From Acidobacteriota bacterium (lineage in GTDB: Bacteria; Acidobacteriota; UBA890; WLXD01): DNA of 64,000 nt. The DNA lies in assembly GCA_965248695.1 (NCBI GenBank), contig CBDFKD010000002.1, positions 1,184,001-1,248,000 on the forward strand, given 5' to 3'. Shown one piece after another: positions 59,423-64,000 of this stretch. A program made the translations under genes and the position numbers. The notes beneath the pieces were generated by a model. That model saw only the letters and a program-made list of their open reading frames with translations, was not told the DNA's origin and searched no databases. The stretch's first letter is position 1; each line of letters opens with the position of its first letter.

Positions 59423-62400
59423 CTGTGAACTTCCATCGCTCCGGCGGGCAGCGAATGCCATATGCGAGTGGCGCGGCGCACGAACTCGCCTCCCCGCATT
59501 CGCCAGCGTTCTGTCAGCAGATAGAGGATAGGTGTCACCGTTAGCGTCAAGAGAGTAGACGCCGCCAGCCCGCCAATGGTCGATAGTGCCAACGTTCCCC
59601 AGATGTCATTGCTGCGCATCCGGGCGTCCGCTTCGATGAGCACCAGGGGCAGCATGCCGCCGATCGTCGTGATCGAAGTAATGAGAATCGGTCGCACACG
59701 CTCCGCGGCGCCGGCGACGATGGCCTCCGTCAGCGGCAGCGTCGTGCGACGCATATTGATGTGATCAACGAGCAGGATGGCGTTGTTCACCACGATCCCG
59801 CCTAGCAGAACGACACCGATTGAGGCCGCGGCATCGAACGCTCGTTCGGCTAGGTAGTAGATCCAGAACACCCCGATGAGGGCAGCGGGCACCGCCAGGA
59901 AAACCACAAACGGCTGTAGCAACGACTCATATGACGAAGCCAGCACCATAAATACGATGATCAGCGCCAGAATCGACACGTTGCGGACTTGGATTTGCTC
60001 TTCGGCAGTGAGCGCCAATCGATCCTCGAGCGACGCGGAATAGCCCGGCGGCAACTGCAAGGAGTCGTAGATCGCTTGCCTGTACGCGTTCGAGGCGCGG
60101 CCGGAGCCACGGTACTTCCACTGCACGTAGCGGTCGTAGCGTTGATCCTCGCGAGTGATGACTCCGGGTACGCTGCGTAGTTCCACATCAACCAGCTGGC
60201 CAAGCCGAGTCGTACCGTCGGTCGTCCGAATCGGCGCATCGAGGACATCCTGCAGGTTCCGCTCGTCGACCCCGGCGACCTTGATCTGCAGGTCCCAGTC
60301 TTCCAGACCCACGCGTAGACGGTCCGTACCGGTTTGTCCGGACAACAGACTCATTAGCTGTCCACGGAGCTCGGCCACGGTCACGCCTGTCTGAGCTAGA
60401 CGGTCACGGCGCACGGTCATTACCAACTCACCGCCGGAATCGCGCCAAAACCCTTGACCTCCTGCGGTCACGTTGGCTTCGTTGACCCGAGCGCTGCGCT
60501 CAGCTAGTCGCGCCACCGAGTCGCCGATCCCGCCGACCCGCTCGTAGTCATAGCCGAACAACTTTATGCGACTGTTGAACAACCCCGAGCGGCTGAAGCC
60601 GCTCGAGTACCCTTCCTGGTCGAACCCATAGACACTGATTTGCAGGCCGGCGTACCGGGTCGCAATGCCGATGAGTTGGTCTTTGACCAGCAACGGATAC
60701 GCTGTCACTTCCACTCGGGGCGGGAACCTCACAGACATCGTGCCGTGGTTGCCCGTCACCATGAGCTCGACCCGATCAATATCCGGTAGCCCCAGCACGT
60801 AGTCTTCGAAGGGCGCAAGGGCTGTTTCCGTCCGCGCTGCCTCCGCGCCCGACTGCAACGTGACATGAACGCTGATTTGCTCTTGCGAGCCCCACCAACC
60901 AAAGAAGCCGCCACGCGGGACGTGCTCGTCGAACAGTACGTAGCTTCCGTACCAGACACCGATCGCGAAGATCAACACCGCATATGGGTGCTTCAAGCCG
61001 GCGCCCAGACCACGGCGGAACCACTGGAGCCGTGCGGGCCCCTGCCGCACTCGGGTTGCGATCAACCCTCGCCCCGCCGCCGCCGGCATTAGGGTCATCG
61101 CGACGAACAGCGAGGCTGTCAGGGCGAACGCAATCGCCAACGCCAGCGGCGTGAAGTAGTCGCGCATGCGGCCCTGAAAATAGACGAAGGGGAAGAACAC
61201 ACCGATCGTCGTGAGCGTCGATGCCAGGACCGGTACGATGACTTCGGCCGCGCCGCGCCGCGAAGCCTCGGGCGCAGCTAGGCCACGCTCGCGATAGCGC
61301 ATAATGTTCTCGAGCACCACCACGGCGTTGTCAACCAGCATCCCGAACGCCAACGCCAGGCCGGTCAGCGTCAAAACGTTTACCGGCACGCCTAGGTGGT
61401 AGATCGCAACGATGGTCATTGCCAGCGCGGCGGCAATCGATACGAACAATAACGGCGCGCTACGTAGGTCGCGCAGCAGGGCAACAAGCAAGACTGCCAC
61501 CAGCACGAGAACCATCGTCAAACGTCGGCCGACCAGCTCGAGCTCGGCTTCGAGCACGGCGGCCTCGTCGGTCTTCACTTCGAACGTGATGTCCGGCGGC
61601 AGCTTGGCGCGCAAGCGCTCTAGTCGCGCCCGTACCTCACGCGCCACCCCCAGCACATCCGTGCCTGGCTTACGTTGCACACGAACCTGAACCAGCGGCT
61701 CGCCGTCGACGCGGTTGAACTCACGGATCTTCGCGTATCCGAACGTCACGTCCGCGATATCCGACAGGCGCACCAGCCTGCCTGTCATCTCCCGGATCGG
61801 CAGAGCGCGTAGCGGCTCGAGATCGTCCAGCCGATGGTCCATGCGCAGCACATACGCGGTGCCCTGTAGCTCTGCCGCACCAACCGGCCAGTTCCCCTCG
61901 ATCTGATCTACAGCCTGTCGAACCTGCAACGAGGAAACTCCGTACAGTTCCAGCCGCTTCGAGTCGAGCGTGATGCGTAGATGAGGATCCTGACCGCCGT
62001 GAACACCAACGTCGGAAACGCCCTCGACCGAGATCAACGCATCGACCACATCGTCCTTGGCGATGCGCCGCAGGTCGTTCAGCGGCCGCGAAGCGCGGAG
62101 CGTAAAGCTGTAGAAGTCGCCTCCTTCCAGCTCGCGGAACTGGCGCGGCAGGTTGGCCCGCAGAGTGGGGATCGGGACGCCCGGCGGAAGATCGTCGTGC
62201 AGCAAGGAGAGACGATCCGCCAGCTCAAAGCGCGCCAGATCGAGGTTGACGTCCTCGATGAACTGAACGGTGACGTTCGATGTTCCGCGTTGCGATGTCG
62301 AGGTCACCTTGTGCACGTCTGGCACCGTGACGGTGACCGACTCGATAGGGCTCGTTACCAAGCTCTGGATCGATTCCGGCGAGGCACCCGGCCAGCTCGT

Positions 62401-62547
62401 CGAGATGATGATCTCGGGGAACTCGGCTTCCGGGACGACGTCGACCGGAAGATCCGTCCAGGCGGCCCAGGCGAGGAGGGCAAGGCCGCAATACAGCATG
62501 CCCACCGCGATGGGTCGTCGTACCGAGACGTCGATTAGCCAGCGCAC
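59419..62547 (-). CDS. RND efflux permease (AcrB/AcrD/AcrF family)
   Basis: GMLVDNAVVVLENI, GIVVNNAILLVD, RVRPILITS; GGAG RBS + GTG. Confidence 0.95.
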   Translation of the reverse strand: MRWLIDVSVRRPIAVGMLYCGLALLAWAAWTDLPVDVVPEAEFPEIIISTSWPGASPESIQSLVTSPIESVTVTVPDVHKVTSTSQRGTSNVTVQFIEDVNLDLARFELADRLSLLHDDLPPGVPIPTLRANLPRQFRELEGGDFYSFTLRASRPLNDLRRIAKDDVVDALISVEGVSDVGVHGGQDPHLRITLDSKRLELYGVSSLQVRQAVDQIEGNWPVGAAELQGTAYVLRMDHRLDDLEPLRALPIREMTGRLVRLSDIADVTFGYAKIREFNRVDGEPLVQVRVQRKPGTDVLGVAREVRARLERLRAKLPPDITFEVKTDEAAVLEAELELVGRRLTMVLVLVAVLLVALLRDLRSAPLLFVSIAAALAMTIVAIYHLGVPVNVLTLTGLALAFGMLVDNAVVVLENIMRYRERGLAAPEASRRGAAEVIVPVLASTLTTIGVFFPFVYFQGRMRDYFTPLALAIAFALTASLFVAMTLMPAAAGRGLIATRVRQGPARLQWFRRGLGAGLKHPYAVLIFAIGVWYGSYVLFDEHVPRGGFFGWWGSQEQISVHVTLQSGAEAARTETALAPFEDYVLGLPDIDRVELMVTGNHGTMSVRFPPRVEVTAYPLLVKDQLIGIATRYAGLQISVYGFDQEGYSSGFSRSGLFNSRIKLFGYDYERVGGIGDSVARLAERSARVNEANVTAGGQGFWRDSGGELVMTVRRDRLAQTGVTVAELRGQLMSLLSGQTGTDRLRVGLEDWDLQIKVAGVDERNLQDVLDAPIRTTDGTTRLGQLVDVELRSVPGVITREDQRYDRYVQWKYRGSGRASNAYRQAIYDSLQLPPGYSASLEDRLALTAEEQIQVRNVSILALIIVFMVLASSYESLLQPFVVFLAVPAALIGVFWIYYLAERAFDAAASIGVVLLGGIVVNNAILLVDHINMRRTTLPLTEAIVAGAAERVRPILITSITTIGGMLPLVLIEADARMRSNDIWGTLALSTIGGLAASTLLTLTVTPILYLLTERWRMRGGEFVRRATRIWHSLPAGAMEVHR

Positions 62548-63022
62548 TCTTGCTCCGACCGTTCCTGCTGCCGCGTTCGACTGGACAACACGACACGGCA
62601 CCAATGACGCGCGAGAGCAGTCCGTGGGTCAACGGTGCACAAGGCCGTCCTCTACAAGGAGTCCCGCGTACCGCGCGGGTGCCATTGCCAGAATCAGACG
62701 GTCATCGTCCCTATCTAAGTGCCATTGCCATCGGCTTTCCGACCAGAAAGAAGGATGGAACTGGCGGGTTCTTAGGCCATGCCGAAGAGGCACCGCCGGC
62801 ATTGACTCGCACCTCTTGGTAACCACCTGGACAAAGACGGTATGGTGCGGGTAGTGGGATTCCGTGTCCTGGGGGCGTCACTGACGATCCGGCGGCGGTA
62901 CCGCCGGGTGCGCGCCGGCGCCAACGTGGCAATGGCCATTTTTCGGAAGGAGGCCGCGCAACTCACGCTGAACCTCGGGCGCGCGGCGGGTGGAGTCCTC
63001 GACTCCCTAACGCAACGCCCGC

Positions 63023-63754
63023 CTACTGCTCGATCCAGCTGTGAAACTGCAGTTCCATCTCGCGGATCTGGAAGCGGTTCCGCTGATAGAAGTTCAGCGC
63101 TCTCGGGTTGCGCCCTTCTACCGTCACCACCACGTTGGGACGCCCGGCCTGCTGGTGGTGATGCAGCGCCGCCTTGACCAGGGCGGAGCCGATGCCGGTG
63201 CCGGCGGCGCTGTCGCGCACGCCCACCATCTTCAGCGCGCCGGAGGTCGCACCGGCCGAGGAGCAGGTGGCCAGGCCCACGGGCACGCCGTCGCGGCGGG
63301 CGACGAGGGTGATCTCGGCGCGGCCGGCGCAGTAGTCCTGGATCTTGCGGGCGTAGTAGAGGCGGGCGGCATCCTCGTCGAATGACGGGTCGAGGTTGAA
63401 GCGGCTGTAGGTGCTGAGATCGTGCGCGATGGCGATCAGGTGGGGCATGTCCTCGGGCCGATAGGGGCTGATGTCGATCGCCGTGGACTCATCGGGCTCC
63501 GGGGCGTCCGGGTCGAGGCGGGCCTTGAGGGTGACGCGCACATCGAGCGGGGCGAAGCCGGCCTGGGCAGCCTCTTTGAGGGCGCCGCCGTCGGAGATGC
63601 CGCAGGTGAGGTACAGGCAGCGGTAGCCCTGATCGCGTGCCTGCTGGGGCAGCTCGGCGGGCTTGAACTGGCGCGGGTAGACGCGGCCGATGCGGAAGCC
63701 GAAGAACTCGGAGTCCCACGGTAACGGCTCGATGCTTCGGGAATGGGGGCTCAT
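63023..63754 (-). CDS. GNAT acetyltransferase, WecD-like
   Basis: LPWDSEFFG, SRFNLDP, GTGIGSALV, NPRALNFYQRNRF. Confidence 0.85.
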   Translation of the reverse strand: MSPHSRSIEPLPWDSEFFGFRIGRVYPRQFKPAELPQQARDQGYRCLYLTCGISDGGALKEAAQAGFAPLDVRVTLKARLDPDAPEPDESTAIDISPYRPEDMPHLIAIAHDLSTYSRFNLDPSFDEDAARLYYARKIQDYCAGRAEITLVARRDGVPVGLATCSSAGATSGALKMVGVRDSAAGTGIGSALVKAALHHHQQAGRPNVVVTVEGRNPRALNFYQRNRFQIREMELQFHSWIEQ

Positions 63755-64000
63755 GGCTTGAATTCCAGGATCGACTCGATCACGGGCGTGCTGATCGGAC
63801 TCCGACCGACAGGTCGTTGTAGAAGGGTAACCGCAACAGGCGGTCGGCGTCGGGTCATCGAGACCCTCCCTTGCGGGGCGGTGCAAGAGCGCGGTCAGTA
63901 GCTTCGAACCCCGGTAATAGTTAGACAGCCGACCTGCCACGGAGCTAGTCTCTAGATATGAAATACAAGGTGATACTTCAACAATCTCCGGAAGGGGTTA

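Noticed and set aside
62600-63010. Short ORFs or a possible ISAs1-like remnant upstream of the RND operon
   Set aside because: Only vague resemblance, no IR or catalytic motif that can be supported

Overview
High-GC bacterial chromosome segment. An ADOP-type permease fragment and an 'SWKEIA' HTH membrane regulator suggest Acidobacteriota (inference). 1-27.7 kb is mostly intact housekeeping and secreted-protein genes. It includes a phosphatidylcholine synthase converging on a CHT1/SLC5A7-like choline symporter, a candidate structured ncRNA with a micro-ORF (~10.9-11.1 kb), a DUF1592/DUF1552 operon and a Mo-dependent IorAB-like oxidoreductase. 27.8-50.6 kb is an IS-shattered region: three IS256-family elements or remnants, four near-identical copies of a 1260-bp IS3-family element, a second nested IS3 element and many truncated genes. 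It holds a prophage immunity remnant (cI/cro switch) with leftward cargo: a DNA methyltransferase-HNH fusion, a zinc-ribbon membrane protein, and a coupled pair (nuclease-less Mrr-associated protein plus DUF4041/GIY-YIG nuclease) bracketed by a duplicated ~65-bp structured leader. That pair is the best candidate for an undescribed anti-phage system. 50.6-64 kb carries an orphan Cys-rich protein, a membrane regulator with a divergent LamG/PKD protein, a decayed RelE-type TA pair, an RND-MFP-RND efflux operon and a WecD-like GNAT. No rRNA, tRNA or CRISPR array was recognised. All family assignments are by motif recognition, not database search.
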